Assembly: GCA_009691465.1 (NCBI GenBank)
Contig: SICK01000001.1
Location: forward strand, 24,705-88,704
DNA length: 64,000 nucleotides
Direction of reading: 5' to 3'
Source: Candidatus Kaiserbacteria bacterium
GTDB lineage: Bacteria; Patescibacteriota; Minisyncoccia; Phycocordibacterales; SBAW01
A program made the translations under genes and the position numbers. Shown in pieces: positions 9,796-18,953 of this stretch (position 1 is the first letter of the stretch; each line of letters begins with the position of its first letter). The notes beneath the pieces are model-generated. The model ran no database searches, had not been told where the DNA came from, and saw only the letters and a list, made by a program, of their open reading frames with translations.

Positions 9796-11424
9796 ATGGC
9801 GAGCCCTAAATACATTTTTGTTGTAGGCGGTGTGATGTCGGGCATCGGCAAAGGGGTCGCCTCCTCCGCGATAGGGCGGATTATGCAGAGCAAGGGTTAC
9901 AAGACGACGGCGATTAAAATCGACCCGTATATCAACGTCGACGCCGGCACGATGAACCCCACCGAGCACGGCGAGGTCTTTGTGCTGGACGACGGCTACG
10001 AGACCGACCAGGACATGGGCAACTATGAGCGCTTTTTGGGCGAGACACTGCCGAGCATCAACTATATGACCACCGGCCGGGTGTATCAGGAGGTCATCCG
10101 GCGCGAGCGCAACCTCGAGTACAAAGGCAAAAACGTCGAGGTCGTGCCCGACATCCCGCTCGAGGTCATCCGGCGCATTACCGAGGCACAAAAAGCGGCC
10201 AACGCGGATGTAACGCTCATCGAGGTGGGCGGCACCATCGGCGAGTATCAAAACATCATTTTTTTGGAGGCGGCGCGCATGCTCAAGCAAAAGTATCCGC
10301 ACGACGTGGGTGTCGTTATGCTCTCCTACGTCCCTATCCCGGGCAACATCGGCGAGATGAAGACCAAGCCCACGCAGTACGCGGCGAGGAGTCTCAACTC
10401 GGTGGGGTTGCAGGCCGACGTCATTTTGGCCCGCGCAGCCGTACCCATCGATGAGAAGCGCAAAGAAAAGATAGCTATTTTTTGCAACATACTGCCCGAG
10501 CGGGTTATTTCGGCCCCCGACGTCGAGTCGATTTATGACGTACCTATTAATTATGAAAAGGACGGTCTCGGCGACATACTCTGCGACGTGTTGGGGCTCG
10601 AGCGCCGGCCTACCGACCTCTCTGCCTGGGAGGCGTTTGTCAAAAAATCCAAAAACGGTTCAAAAAAAATCAACATCGCCGTGGTGGGGAAGTATTTCGA
10701 GTCCGGCGAGTACGTGCTTGCCGACGCGTACATCTCGGTGTTAGAGGCGCTCAAACACGCGGCCTACAGCCAAGACCTCGGGGTCAAACTTTCCTATCTG
10801 GACTCCGAAGGGTACGAGCAGGACCCCGCCAAACTTTCCGAACTCAAGAACTATGACGGTGTGTTGGTACCGGGCGGGTTTGGGAGTCGTGGTGTCGAGG
10901 GCATTATCGCGGCGATACAGTTTGCACGCGAGCAGAAGATCCCGTATTTCGGACTTTGCTACGGCATGCAGCTCTTAACCATCGAGTACGCGCGCAACGT
11001 TGCCGGGCTCGCCGGGGCCAACACCGCCGAAATAAACAAAGACGCTCCGCACCCCATCATCGACGTGATGCCCGGTCAGGAAGACCTGCTGACCAAACAA
11101 GACTACGGCGGGACCATGCGCTTGGGCACGTATCCGTGCGTGCTTAAAGAGGGTACGATCGCGCACGGCGCGTATGGTAGCGGCGAGGTCGCCGAGCGCC
11201 ACCGCCACCGCTACGAGGTTAATCCGGAATATATACAAAAGCTCTCCGACGCGGGGCTGGTCTTTTCGGGCACGTCCCCCGATGGTCGTCTGATGGAGAT
11301 AGCCGAACTCTCTAAAGACGTACATCCTTTTATGCTCGGGACGCAGTTCCATCCGGAGTTTCTCTCGCGCCCGCTCTCGCCGCATCCGCTTTTTGTCGCT
11401 TTTATCAAAGCCGCTTCCAAATAA
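9796..11424 (+). CDS. pyrG: CTP synthase
   Basis: KYIFVVGGVMSGIGKG N-terminus. GATase domain GLCYGMQ...QFHPEF. Confidence 0.95.
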   Translation: MASPKYIFVVGGVMSGIGKGVASSAIGRIMQSKGYKTTAIKIDPYINVDAGTMNPTEHGEVFVLDDGYETDQDMGNYERFLGETLPSINYMTTGRVYQEVIRRERNLEYKGKNVEVVPDIPLEVIRRITEAQKAANADVTLIEVGGTIGEYQNIIFLEAARMLKQKYPHDVGVVMLSYVPIPGNIGEMKTKPTQYAARSLNSVGLQADVILARAAVPIDEKRKEKIAIFCNILPERVISAPDVESIYDVPINYEKDGLGDILCDVLGLERRPTDLSAWEAFVKKSKNGSKKINIAVVGKYFESGEYVLADAYISVLEALKHAAYSQDLGVKLSYLDSEGYEQDPAKLSELKNYDGVLVPGGFGSRGVEGIIAAIQFAREQKIPYFGLCYGMQLLTIEYARNVAGLAGANTAEINKDAPHPIIDVMPGQEDLLTKQDYGGTMRLGTYPCVLKEGTIAHGAYGSGEVAERHRHRYEVNPEYIQKLSDAGLVFSGTSPDGRLMEIAELSKDVHPFMLGTQFHPEFLSRPLSPHPLFVAFIKAASK

Positions 11425-11453
11425 GACTGATTTTTGCTATCGTTGCCGTGTAT

Positions 11454-11524
11454 TGCCAGATCGTCTAATGGTAGGACAACGGACTCTGAATCCGTTTATC
11501 TTGGTTCGAATCCAAGTCTGGCAG
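11454..11524 (+). tRNA. tRNA-Gln (CTG)
   Basis: TGCCAGATCGTCTAATGGTAGGAC, anticodon loop CTCTGAA, T-arm CTTGGTTCGAATCCAAG. Confidence 0.9.
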
Positions 11525-11617
11525 CTCGAATTTTTAAGAAGCGTAGCGCCTATAAAAATTCAGAGTCCCGAACAAGCTTGCTTGGAGGGGCCGAATTTTT
11601 AAGCGTATTATATATCC

Positions 11618-11854
11618 ATGTATTTGGTCTATATCCTAGAGTGTAGCGACCGAACCTTATACACAGGTATAACAAATAATTTGGAACGCCGATTTTATCA
11701 ACACCAGAAAGGGGCTGGCGGTCATTACACAAGCTCCAAACAAGTAGTTAGAATTGTTTATACTGAAGAACACCCCGACCGCTCGTCGGCTTTAAAACGC
11801 GAAGCCGAAATAAAAAGCTGGCGCAGAGAAAAGAAACTAGCTTTATTTGAGTAA
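11618..11854 (+). CDS. GIY-YIG nuclease family protein (small, UPF0213/YhbQ-like)
   Basis: MYLVYILECSDRTLYTGITNNLERRFYQH...REAEIKSW is the GIY-YIG core. Confidence 0.85.
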   Translation: MYLVYILECSDRTLYTGITNNLERRFYQHQKGAGGHYTSSKQVVRIVYTEEHPDRSSALKREAEIKSWRREKKLALFE

Positions 11855-11964
11855 AATAAAAAAGACCAGAGCGAATTGTTCTGATCCTTGTTCGAATTCA
11901 GTCGTAATGCTTTTTTATAGAACTTAGTGTAATGTCCTGCTAGACACAAAGCGGGAGATTACCG

Positions 11965-12324
11965 ATGGACAAGTCGGCAAGCCGATTTGCTCTGAAGTTG
12001 CGGGAGCTTGGCTTCGAGAGGGTCGAGGGTGCAGACAAGGAATATCATGTCCGTACCACTACCGCTCGTATCGAGCGGACGCTCGGTAAGTCCTCAAGAC
12101 ACGAACGTCGAAAGTTAAGAAGCCTGATTCTGAGAATGCTGAAAGAGCAACCCTCCTACACCGTTACAGTGTTCCGGGATGGGACGGCATTGACAGAGGC
12201 GTCCGACGACACGGGCCAAATGTGGAAAGCCGAGGGAAATATCGACCTCCGTCCTTTTGGTTTTCTCAACAACGCCGAGTGGATCATCAACCACCACAAG
12301 GCGAAGGCTTCAACAGTTCACTAA
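11965..12324 (+). CDS. Hypothetical protein
   Basis: 119-aa ORF in the AT-richer region, followed by a strong terminator. No recognised motif. Confidence 0.55.
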   Translation: MDKSASRFALKLRELGFERVEGADKEYHVRTTTARIERTLGKSSRHERRKLRSLILRMLKEQPSYTVTVFRDGTALTEASDDTGQMWKAEGNIDLRPFGFLNNAEWIINHHKAKASTVH

Positions 12325-12358
12325 CCGCCCCTGTAAGTGGGGCGGCTTTTTCTTTTTC
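12325..12358 (+). terminator. Rho-independent terminator
   Basis: CCGCCCC-TGTAAGT-GGGGCGG followed by CTTTTTCTTTTT. Confidence 0.7.
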
Positions 12359-12470
12359 CTAATTGTTCTGAACGCATCCAACTGAGGCAGCCAGTGTGCA
12401 AAGCCAATAAAAAAGGGAGGTGTTTCGGAGTGCTACAATAGGAGTGTAGAAATTCATCTAAATCAACCCC

Positions 12471-12746
12471 ATGAAAAAGAGGATAGTAAGCAAAAAAACG
12501 GCCAAGAAAATAAAATCGGCCGGTAAAAGTGTAGCGAAGAAAACAGGATCGTTTGTGAGGAAAGCAAACAAAGAAGTAGGCAAAACGGCAAGGGCGCTTC
12601 AGAAGGAGTGGAAAAGAGAGCAGCCACAGCGTGAAGAATATATAAGAAATTTCAAGAAAATTGGCGGTGATGTTATTGAAACTATAAAAAAAGACGTAAG
12701 GGAAATTCGCAATAATAAAACGAAAGGCAAGAATAAAAAGAAATAA
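12471..12746 (+). CDS. Hypothetical lysine-rich basic protein
   Basis: 91-aa ORF, very K-rich (MKKRIVSKKTAKKIKSAGKSVAKK...KGKNKKK). TACAAT box about 30 nt upstream. Confidence 0.5.
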   Translation: MKKRIVSKKTAKKIKSAGKSVAKKTGSFVRKANKEVGKTARALQKEWKREQPQREEYIRNFKKIGGDVIETIKKDVREIRNNKTKGKNKKK

Positions 12747-12791
12747 CTAGTCAATTAGTTTATCAATTTATTAAGTAATAAAAATACGATT

Positions 12792-12953
12792 ATGCTAAAA
12801 AATACTCCCATGGTGGTCGGAATTGTTTTGTTGATTCTAGGATTAGTTGGTCTCGTTTCCAATTTCTCGGTGTTCCTGATGTGGACTCTCGTCGTCTTGG
12901 GCATCCTCGGCATACTGTGGGGCTGGTTGGATAAAGGCCAGAGTAGCAAATAA
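12792..12953 (+). CDS. Small membrane protein (53 aa), below the track cutoff
   Basis: MLKNTPMVVGIVLLILGLVGLVSNFSVFLMWTLVVLGILGILWGWLDKGQSSK* has two hydrophobic helices. The overlapping minus-strand track ORFs look spurious. Confidence 0.4.
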   Translation: MLKNTPMVVGIVLLILGLVGLVSNFSVFLMWTLVVLGILGILWGWLDKGQSSK

Positions 12954-13126
12954 TAAAAAAATAAGTGCGAATTCTTTTGCTACAGCAGAGGCAGGGCTGG
13001 TAGGGGTGGCTCTTTTGCCCGTGGCGGTGGTGCTTATAGGTGGCTTCGGGATACTCTGCCTCATCTCGATGATAGTGTGGATGATTGTTGCTAAATAAGC
13101 ATTTTCGGCGTACTATATAAAACATC

Positions 13127-13147
13127 GCGGGAGGGGCCCGCCTTTTT
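13127..13147 (+). terminator. Possible terminator closing the AT-rich region
   Basis: GCGGG-AGGGG-CCCGC followed by CTTTTT, just upstream of typA. Confidence 0.45.
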
Positions 13148-13153
13148 AATTGT

Positions 13154-14917
13154 ATGGACATCCGCAACATCGCCATCATCGCGCACGTCGACCACGGCAA
13201 GACCACCTTGACTGATGCCTTGCTGCGCCAGGCGGGGGTGGCGGTCGAAGGGGCCACGATGGATAGCAACGACCTCGAGCGCGAGCGCGGCATCACTATT
13301 TATGCAAAAAACGCGGCTCTTGAATACAAAGGCACCAAGATAAACATCGTCGACACGCCGGGCCACGCCGACTTCGGCTCCGAGGTCGAGCGCGTACTGC
13401 GTTCTATCGACTCGGTGCTGTTGGTCGTTGACGCGCAGGAGGGCCCGATGCCGCAGACGCGCTTTGTACTTAAAAAATCTTTGGAGCTGGGACTCAAACC
13501 CATCGTTGTCATCAATAAAATTGACAAGCCCGCCGCCGACCCTGCCGCGACCGAAGAAGGCGTGCTTGAACTCTTCTTGGAGCTCGGTGCCAACGACGAC
13601 CAAAGCAACTTCCCCGTGGTGTACTCCATCGGCCGGCAGGGGATTGCAAAAAAGAAACTGGAGGATGAATCTAAAGACCTCACACCGCTTTTGGAAACCA
13701 TTTTGGAGCACGTGCCCGCCGCATCCTCACCCGAGCTTGCCGCGCGTCCGCTACGCGCACAACCCTTTAACCTCGGCTACGACAACTTTCTTGGCCGGCT
13801 CGCAGTCGTGCGCATCTACGATGGCGTGCTCAAGGCCGGCCAGCCGGTATTTGTAAAGAACGCGCAAGGGGTGCCCCGCGCCGGCAAAGTGCTTAAAATT
13901 TTTTCGTTCAAAGGGCTCGAGCGTGTCGAGGTGCCTGAAGCGGCGGCGGGGGACATCGTGTTGGTGGCGGGCCTCCCCGACATCTATATCGGTGAGACCG
14001 TGTGCGAGAGCGAGGCCGCAGAGATGCTGCCCACAATCGCCGTTGATGAACCCACGATAGGACTGAACTTTCTCGTCAACAACTCGCCGTTTGCCGGGCG
14101 CGAGGGTAAGTTTGTGACCGGTCGGCAGATACGCGCGCGGCTCGAGAAGGAGCTCGAGATAAACGTCGGGCTCAAGATCGATTTTTCTTCCAGCGAATTT
14201 TTTAAGGTGTACGGCCGCGGCGAGCTCCACGTCGCCATCCTGCTCGAAAACATGCGCCGCGAAGGTTTTGAGCTGCAAGTATCCCAACCGCAGGTAATCT
14301 TCCACGAAGAGGGCGGGGTCAAGATGGAGCCATACGAAGAGGTCATCATCGATATCCCCGCCGCCTACCAAGGTGCCATCATCGAGCGCCTTGGCCAGCG
14401 CAAAGTAATAATCAAAGACATGCGCACGCACGAAAATTCTGTGCGCCTGATTTTGGAGGGCCCCACGCGCGGACTCTTGGGCTATCGCACGCAGTTTACG
14501 CTCGACACGCGCGGCGAGGGTATCTTCTCGTCTCGCTTCGTCGAGTTCCGCCCCTACGCCGGCGAGATAAGCAAGCGCGCGGTGGGCTCGATGATATCGA
14601 TGGCCGCCGGAAAAGCGCTGGGCTTTTCGTTGTGGAACCTGCAGGACCGCGGCGTCCTTTATATAAAAGCGGCAGTCGAGGTGTACGAAGGCCAGGTCAT
14701 CGGCAACACCTCCAAGGGCGAGCAGATGTTTGTAAACCCCACCAAGGGCAAGGCTCTCACCAACATGCGCGCCTCCGGCACCGACGAGGCCATGCACCTG
14801 GTGCCTCCGTATGAACTTACTATCGAGCGCGGGCTCGAGGTGATGGGCGAGGACGAGTATCTCGAAATAACTCCCTCCTCGGTCCGCCTGCGCAAACAAC
14901 CCGGCGCCAAGTTTTAG
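13154..14917 (+). CDS. typA: Translational GTPase TypA/BipA
   Basis: IRNIAIIAHVDHGKTTL, DTPGHADF, NKID. 587 aa with EF-G-like domains. Confidence 0.95.
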   Translation: MDIRNIAIIAHVDHGKTTLTDALLRQAGVAVEGATMDSNDLERERGITIYAKNAALEYKGTKINIVDTPGHADFGSEVERVLRSIDSVLLVVDAQEGPMPQTRFVLKKSLELGLKPIVVINKIDKPAADPAATEEGVLELFLELGANDDQSNFPVVYSIGRQGIAKKKLEDESKDLTPLLETILEHVPAASSPELAARPLRAQPFNLGYDNFLGRLAVVRIYDGVLKAGQPVFVKNAQGVPRAGKVLKIFSFKGLERVEVPEAAAGDIVLVAGLPDIYIGETVCESEAAEMLPTIAVDEPTIGLNFLVNNSPFAGREGKFVTGRQIRARLEKELEINVGLKIDFSSSEFFKVYGRGELHVAILLENMRREGFELQVSQPQVIFHEEGGVKMEPYEEVIIDIPAAYQGAIIERLGQRKVIIKDMRTHENSVRLILEGPTRGLLGYRTQFTLDTRGEGIFSSRFVEFRPYAGEISKRAVGSMISMAAGKALGFSLWNLQDRGVLYIKAAVEVYEGQVIGNTSKGEQMFVNPTKGKALTNMRASGTDEAMHLVPPYELTIERGLEVMGEDEYLEITPSSVRLRKQPGAKF

Positions 14918-14957
14918 CGGTTGACCTAGGGGCGCATTTTGACTAGGCTATACTCCC

Positions 14958-15707
14958 ATGCCCGATTCTATCTACGTATCCGACATATATAAGTCCTTTG
15001 GCGAGGTGCAGGCCCTCCGCGGGGTCTCTCTGCGCGTCCCCAAAGGCAAAGTGGTGGGCTTGCTGGGCCCCAACGGCGCGGGCAAAACTACTCTAGTGCG
15101 GATTTTGGCGACCTTGATGTACCCCGACAAAGGGGAGGCAAAAGTAGAGGGGATAGACGTCGTCGCGCGCCCCGACGATGTGCGCCGGCTCATCGGACTT
15201 ACGGGGCAGTATGCCGCTGTGGACGAGAACCTGACCGGCCGCGAAAACCTCATCATGATAGGCCGGCTCTATCATATGTCTATCGACGCCGCACGCAGCA
15301 AGGCGCAAGAACTCCTCAACCGGTTTCAGTTGGCCGACGCCGCCGACCGCACGCTCAAAACATACTCCGGCGGTATGCGCCGCCTGCTCGACATCGCGGC
15401 GAGCATCATCAACTCGCCGACCGTGCTCTTTTTGGACGAGCCGACCACCGGGCTCGACCCCAAGAGCCGGCTTGAGCTGTGGACAATAATCCGCGAGCTC
15501 GTTGCCGGCGGCACTACGCTGCTGCTGACTACACAATATCTTGAGGAGGCCGACCGCTTGGCCGACACCATCGTCGTCATCGACCACGGCCGTGTCGTGG
15601 CCGAAGGTACGTCAGAGGACCTTAAACGCCGCACCGGCAAAACCACGCTCGACGAAGTGTTTCTTACTCTCACCGGCCACTCGATAGAGGAGACCCCGAC
15701 CGTATGA
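14958..15707 (+). CDS. ABC transporter ATP-binding protein (DrrA/ABC-2 type)
   Basis: Walker [10 protein letters not shown], signature [12 protein letters not shown], Walker [12 protein letters not shown]. Confidence 0.9.
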   Translation: MPDSIYVSDIYKSFGEVQALRGVSLRVPKGKVVGLLGPNGAGKTTLVRILATLMYPDKGEAKVEGIDVVARPDDVRRLIGLTGQYAAVDENLTGRENLIMIGRLYHMSIDAARSKAQELLNRFQLADAADRTLKTYSGGMRRLLDIAASIINSPTVLFLDEPTTGLDPKSRLELWTIIRELVAGGTTLLLTTQYLEEADRLADTIVVIDHGRVVAEGTSEDLKRRTGKTTLDEVFLTLTGHSIEETPTV

Positions 15708-16492
15708 ACAACCCCGCACTACATAGAATAAAGTGGTTCGTCTCCGACCTGTTGGTGATGCTTGAGCGCAACATCGTCAAGTATGTCCGCCTGCCGCAGT
15801 TGATGGTGTTCTCCTCTATCCAACCCATCATGTTTCTTCTGCTGTTTACCTACGTATTCGGCGGCGCTATCAGCCGCGGGGGCAACTACATCGACTACCT
15901 CCTGCCGGGCATTTTGGCGCAGACGGTCATCTTCGGCGCGATGATGACGGGGGTGGGGTTGGCCGAGGACCTGCAAAAAGGTATCATCGACCGCTTTAAG
16001 TCGCTCCCGATGGCGCACAGCGCTTTTCTGCTCGGCCGCACTATCACCGACATGATACGCAACATTTTTGTTATCTTCCTCATGCTCGGCATCGGCTACC
16101 TTATCGGCTTTCGTACCCACACCGGTTTGAGTGACTTCTTTACCGCGGTTGCGCTGTTGCTGTTCTTTGGGTTTGCGTTCTCCTGGATATCGGCCACCAT
16201 CGGCATGCTGGTCAAAAACGTTGAGACCGCGCAGGTGTCGGGCTTTATCTGGATATTCCCGCTGGTCTTCGCCTCTTCCATCTTTGTCCCGACGGAGACC
16301 ATGCCGGACTGGCTCCGAGCCTTCGCCGACATCAACCCCGTTTCAGCCGTCGTCAACGCAGTGCGCGGGCTCATGTTGGGTAATTTGAGCGACTACAATC
16401 TTGCAAAAAACACCGTGCTCGCTTTTGTGTGGATAGTGGGCATCCTGACGGTTTTTATCCCGTTGGCGGTGCGTCTCTACCGCCGCAGCTAA
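15704..16492 (+). CDS. ABC-2 type transporter permease
   Basis: 4-nt overlap with the ATPase gene. Six predicted TM helices typical of ABC-2 permeases. Confidence 0.85.
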   Translation: MNNPALHRIKWFVSDLLVMLERNIVKYVRLPQLMVFSSIQPIMFLLLFTYVFGGAISRGGNYIDYLLPGILAQTVIFGAMMTGVGLAEDLQKGIIDRFKSLPMAHSAFLLGRTITDMIRNIFVIFLMLGIGYLIGFRTHTGLSDFFTAVALLLFFGFAFSWISATIGMLVKNVETAQVSGFIWIFPLVFASSIFVPTETMPDWLRAFADINPVSAVVNAVRGLMLGNLSDYNLAKNTVLAFVWIVGILTVFIPLAVRLYRRS

Positions 16493-16535
16493 ACCCCGTG
16501 AGATGGCCGGGAGGCCTATCTCACTGGGGTAGAAT
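16493..16535 (+). promoter_or_regulatory. Conserved hairpin (ACCCCGTGAGAT / ATCTCACTGGGGT) fused to a TAGAAT -10 box
   Basis: Arm 1 at 16493-16504, inner GGCC-GGGA-GGCC hairpin, arm 2 at 16518-30, TAGAAT at 16530-35. The same arms recur at 23345-23407. Confidence 0.45.
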
Positions 16536-16541
16536 GTAGTG

Positions 16542-17093
16542 ATGCGCAAGCGGCAGCACCTCCTGCAGGATTTTTTTATTATTGCCGCGAGTATTGCACT
16601 CGCGGTCGCTATTGTGCGCTACGACTTGGTGCAACTGTTGCTCTTGCACCTGGGCGGAGGCAAAACGCTCGTCGCGTTTGTTGCAGGACTCTTTTTTACT
16701 TCTATCGCGACCACCGCGCCCGCAATGGCGGTCTTAGGCGAGCTGTCACTCAACAATAACCTGTTCTTTGTGGCGGTGGTCGGCGGCGCGGGCGCGGTCA
16801 TCGGCGACTACATCCTGTTTGTATTCGTACGCGACCGCGTGTCGGATGACATTGCCTATCTGTTGGCGCGCACGGGCACGCCGCGCTTCTTTAAAATATT
16901 CCACCGCCGCAGTTTTAAGCGTGTGCTACCGTTCCTCGGCGGGCTCATTATCGCCAGCCCCCTGCCCGATGAGTTGGGGTTGGCCCTGCTCGGCATATCC
17001 AAAATGCCCACGAGCCGCTTTCTGGCGATTTCTTTTGCTTTTAATACCGTCGGTATACTCTTGATAGGTTTGGTGGCGCGTTCGCTGGTCTAA
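16542..17093 (+). CDS. Hypothetical membrane protein
   Basis: Multi-TM ORF. ATG 16542 lies 6 nt after TAGAAT (the track uses GTG 16539). Confidence 0.55.
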   Translation: MRKRQHLLQDFFIIAASIALAVAIVRYDLVQLLLLHLGGGKTLVAFVAGLFFTSIATTAPAMAVLGELSLNNNLFFVAVVGGAGAVIGDYILFVFVRDRVSDDIAYLLARTGTPRFFKIFHRRSFKRVLPFLGGLIIASPLPDELGLALLGISKMPTSRFLAISFAFNTVGILLIGLVARSLV

Positions 17094-17113
17094 TCGCATG
17101 CTACACTTTTTGT

Positions 17114-18886
17114 ATGATAGATAAGTCGGCACTCGACTACATCCGCGCCGAGCTCAAAAGCGGAAAAAATAGAGAGGAGATAGGTCGCACCATGATGACG
17201 GGCGGCTGGTCGGTGGTTGATGTCAATAAAGCGTTTGCAGAGCTCGACGCACCTGCGGCACCTGCAACAGCGCTCACACCTCTCCCGGTTGCTCCGGTTG
17301 TCCCCGTGGTTGCAAAACCCGCGACCTCGCCGCTACCACCCGTTGCGACCCCTGCTCCGGCTCCCTTGGCATCGCAGGCGGCTCCAACTCCAACTCCAAC
17401 TCCCGCGCCCGTTGCCGTTTCTGCTCCTGCTCCTGCTCCCGCGAAGCACCCGCGGCATGTACTCAAATATATTTTTGCAGTCATCGGTGTTTTGGTACTG
17501 CTTTGCGGCGGCACCGTCGGCTATGCTTATGCCGCAGAGCAGTTTGTTTTTCTGCCGCCCCTGCCGTTTACACTGCCGCTCCCGTTCCTTTCCTCGGCGC
17601 CTTACAACAGCAATCAGGTGCTGCAGGATATGGCGCTGGGCTTTACGCATATCTCCCAGGCCTCGTTTGATTCCAACGTAAGCATCATGGCCGAGCCGCG
17701 CGACGCAGGTGTAACACCACTCGTGCTCGATGCATCTAACAAACAAACACTGCAATCTTTGGCCGACTATGTGCCGTCCGAGTTCAAACTAAGTCTCTCC
17801 TTCGGCGGTGCGGCCGAAAAGACGGATGGCGCGGGCAATGCGCGCATTACCGCAGCCGGCTCGCTCCAATCGACCGACTTCTCGATGGAGGCGGCACTCG
17901 AGGCCCGCAAAGTGGGGGACACAGTATATATTCTTTTGAGCAAATTTCCGTCGGTCTTCTTTGATGTGTCAGCCATCAGTGACAAGTGGATAGCCATCAC
18001 GCCCGAAGATCAAAAAACGTACGGAGGAGGCACCGGTCTCTCGTCGGTACTTGCAAGCACGACTCCGGATGACCAGGCAAAAGCCCGCGCGCGGCTTACT
18101 AATCTCCTGTCGCTCGCCGACCAGTACCGCGTCTTCGTGTTTTCTACCGGTCTTGAGCGCGTGGACCTCGGCGGGGCACCACTCTACCACTACACGCTCG
18201 CGCTTAACCCCGAAGGGGTGGGTCCGTTTTATGAGGCGGCGCTTGCGGCTTATGGCAGCGACCCCGGCTACGGCTTTACCCAAACAGAACTCGACTATCT
18301 GCAGAGCCCGGACGGCAAGCAGTTACTCGACTATCTCGGCAAAAATATGACGCTCGAGGTGTGGGCCGACGGCACAGGCATCCCGCATGAGCTGAAGCTG
18401 TCTATGCGGCTGGTCCCGAGCGACGATATAGTGCGGATGAAGGACAAACAGGTGCGGCTGACCGTCGATGTGCGCCTCAATGACATCAATACGCCGGTGA
18501 CCATCGCTGTGCCTACTCCTACTATCACCGCGCAGGAAGCCGAAAAGCTCATCTTCGGTTCTGCGTTGAGCGATGCACGCGCAAAAGCGCGTGATGCTCG
18601 TCGCATCGCCGACACAAAATCAATACAGCTTGCATTCGAGCTCTACTACAACGACAATAAACAGTATCCAGCAACGCTTGCGGCTATTGCTCCCACCTAC
18701 TTGCCCGTAGTACCTACAGACCCGCTCGACCATATGCCGTATCTCTACGTGGTCGGCACTAGCGGGGAGACGTACAAACTCAGCGCCAACCTCGAGAACT
18801 CAAAAAATACTGCAATCAAAAAGGGTGTAAGTACCAAGGCGTGCGACGGCAGTGCCGGCCGCTACTGCTACACGGTGAGTCAGTAG
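17114..18886 (+). CDS. Membrane-anchored extracellular protein with Pro/Ala-rich linker and C-terminal pilin-like globular domain
   Basis: PA/PT-rich tract, a single TM (VLKYIFAVIGVLVLLCGG), and a C-terminus ARDARRIADTKSIQLAFELYYNDNKQYP...C...C resembling the post-helix part of type IV pilins. Confidence 0.6.
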   Translation: MIDKSALDYIRAELKSGKNREEIGRTMMTGGWSVVDVNKAFAELDAPAAPATALTPLPVAPVVPVVAKPATSPLPPVATPAPAPLASQAAPTPTPTPAPVAVSAPAPAPAKHPRHVLKYIFAVIGVLVLLCGGTVGYAYAAEQFVFLPPLPFTLPLPFLSSAPYNSNQVLQDMALGFTHISQASFDSNVSIMAEPRDAGVTPLVLDASNKQTLQSLADYVPSEFKLSLSFGGAAEKTDGAGNARITAAGSLQSTDFSMEAALEARKVGDTVYILLSKFPSVFFDVSAISDKWIAITPEDQKTYGGGTGLSSVLASTTPDDQAKARARLTNLLSLADQYRVFVFSTGLERVDLGGAPLYHYTLALNPEGVGPFYEAALAAYGSDPGYGFTQTELDYLQSPDGKQLLDYLGKNMTLEVWADGTGIPHELKLSMRLVPSDDIVRMKDKQVRLTVDVRLNDINTPVTIAVPTPTITAQEAEKLIFGSALSDARAKARDARRIADTKSIQLAFELYYNDNKQYPATLAAIAPTYLPVVPTDPLDHMPYLYVVGTSGETYKLSANLENSKNTAIKKGVSTKACDGSAGRYCYTVSQ

Positions 18887-18953
18887 CCTTCACCTGCGCT
18901 ACAGCCGGGGTGCGTAATCATAGGCCCGCGAGGCCGTCTGGTATATTGAGATT

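Larger units (their letters stand above)
11525..13100. mobile_element. Possible tRNA-Gln-adjacent AT-richer islet (no integrase seen)
   Basis: The region is visibly AT-richer than both flanks and starts at the tRNA 3' end. It contains a GIY-YIG gene and orphan ORFs. A degenerate copy of the tRNA 3' segment lies at 12376-12391. Confidence 0.35.

Noticed and set aside
12954-13095. Possible additional small hydrophobic ORF (..AGLVGVALLPVAVVLIGGFGILCLISMIVWMIVAK*).
   Set aside because: The frame has no ATG and only a weak internal GTG or CTG candidate, so I could not define a credible start.
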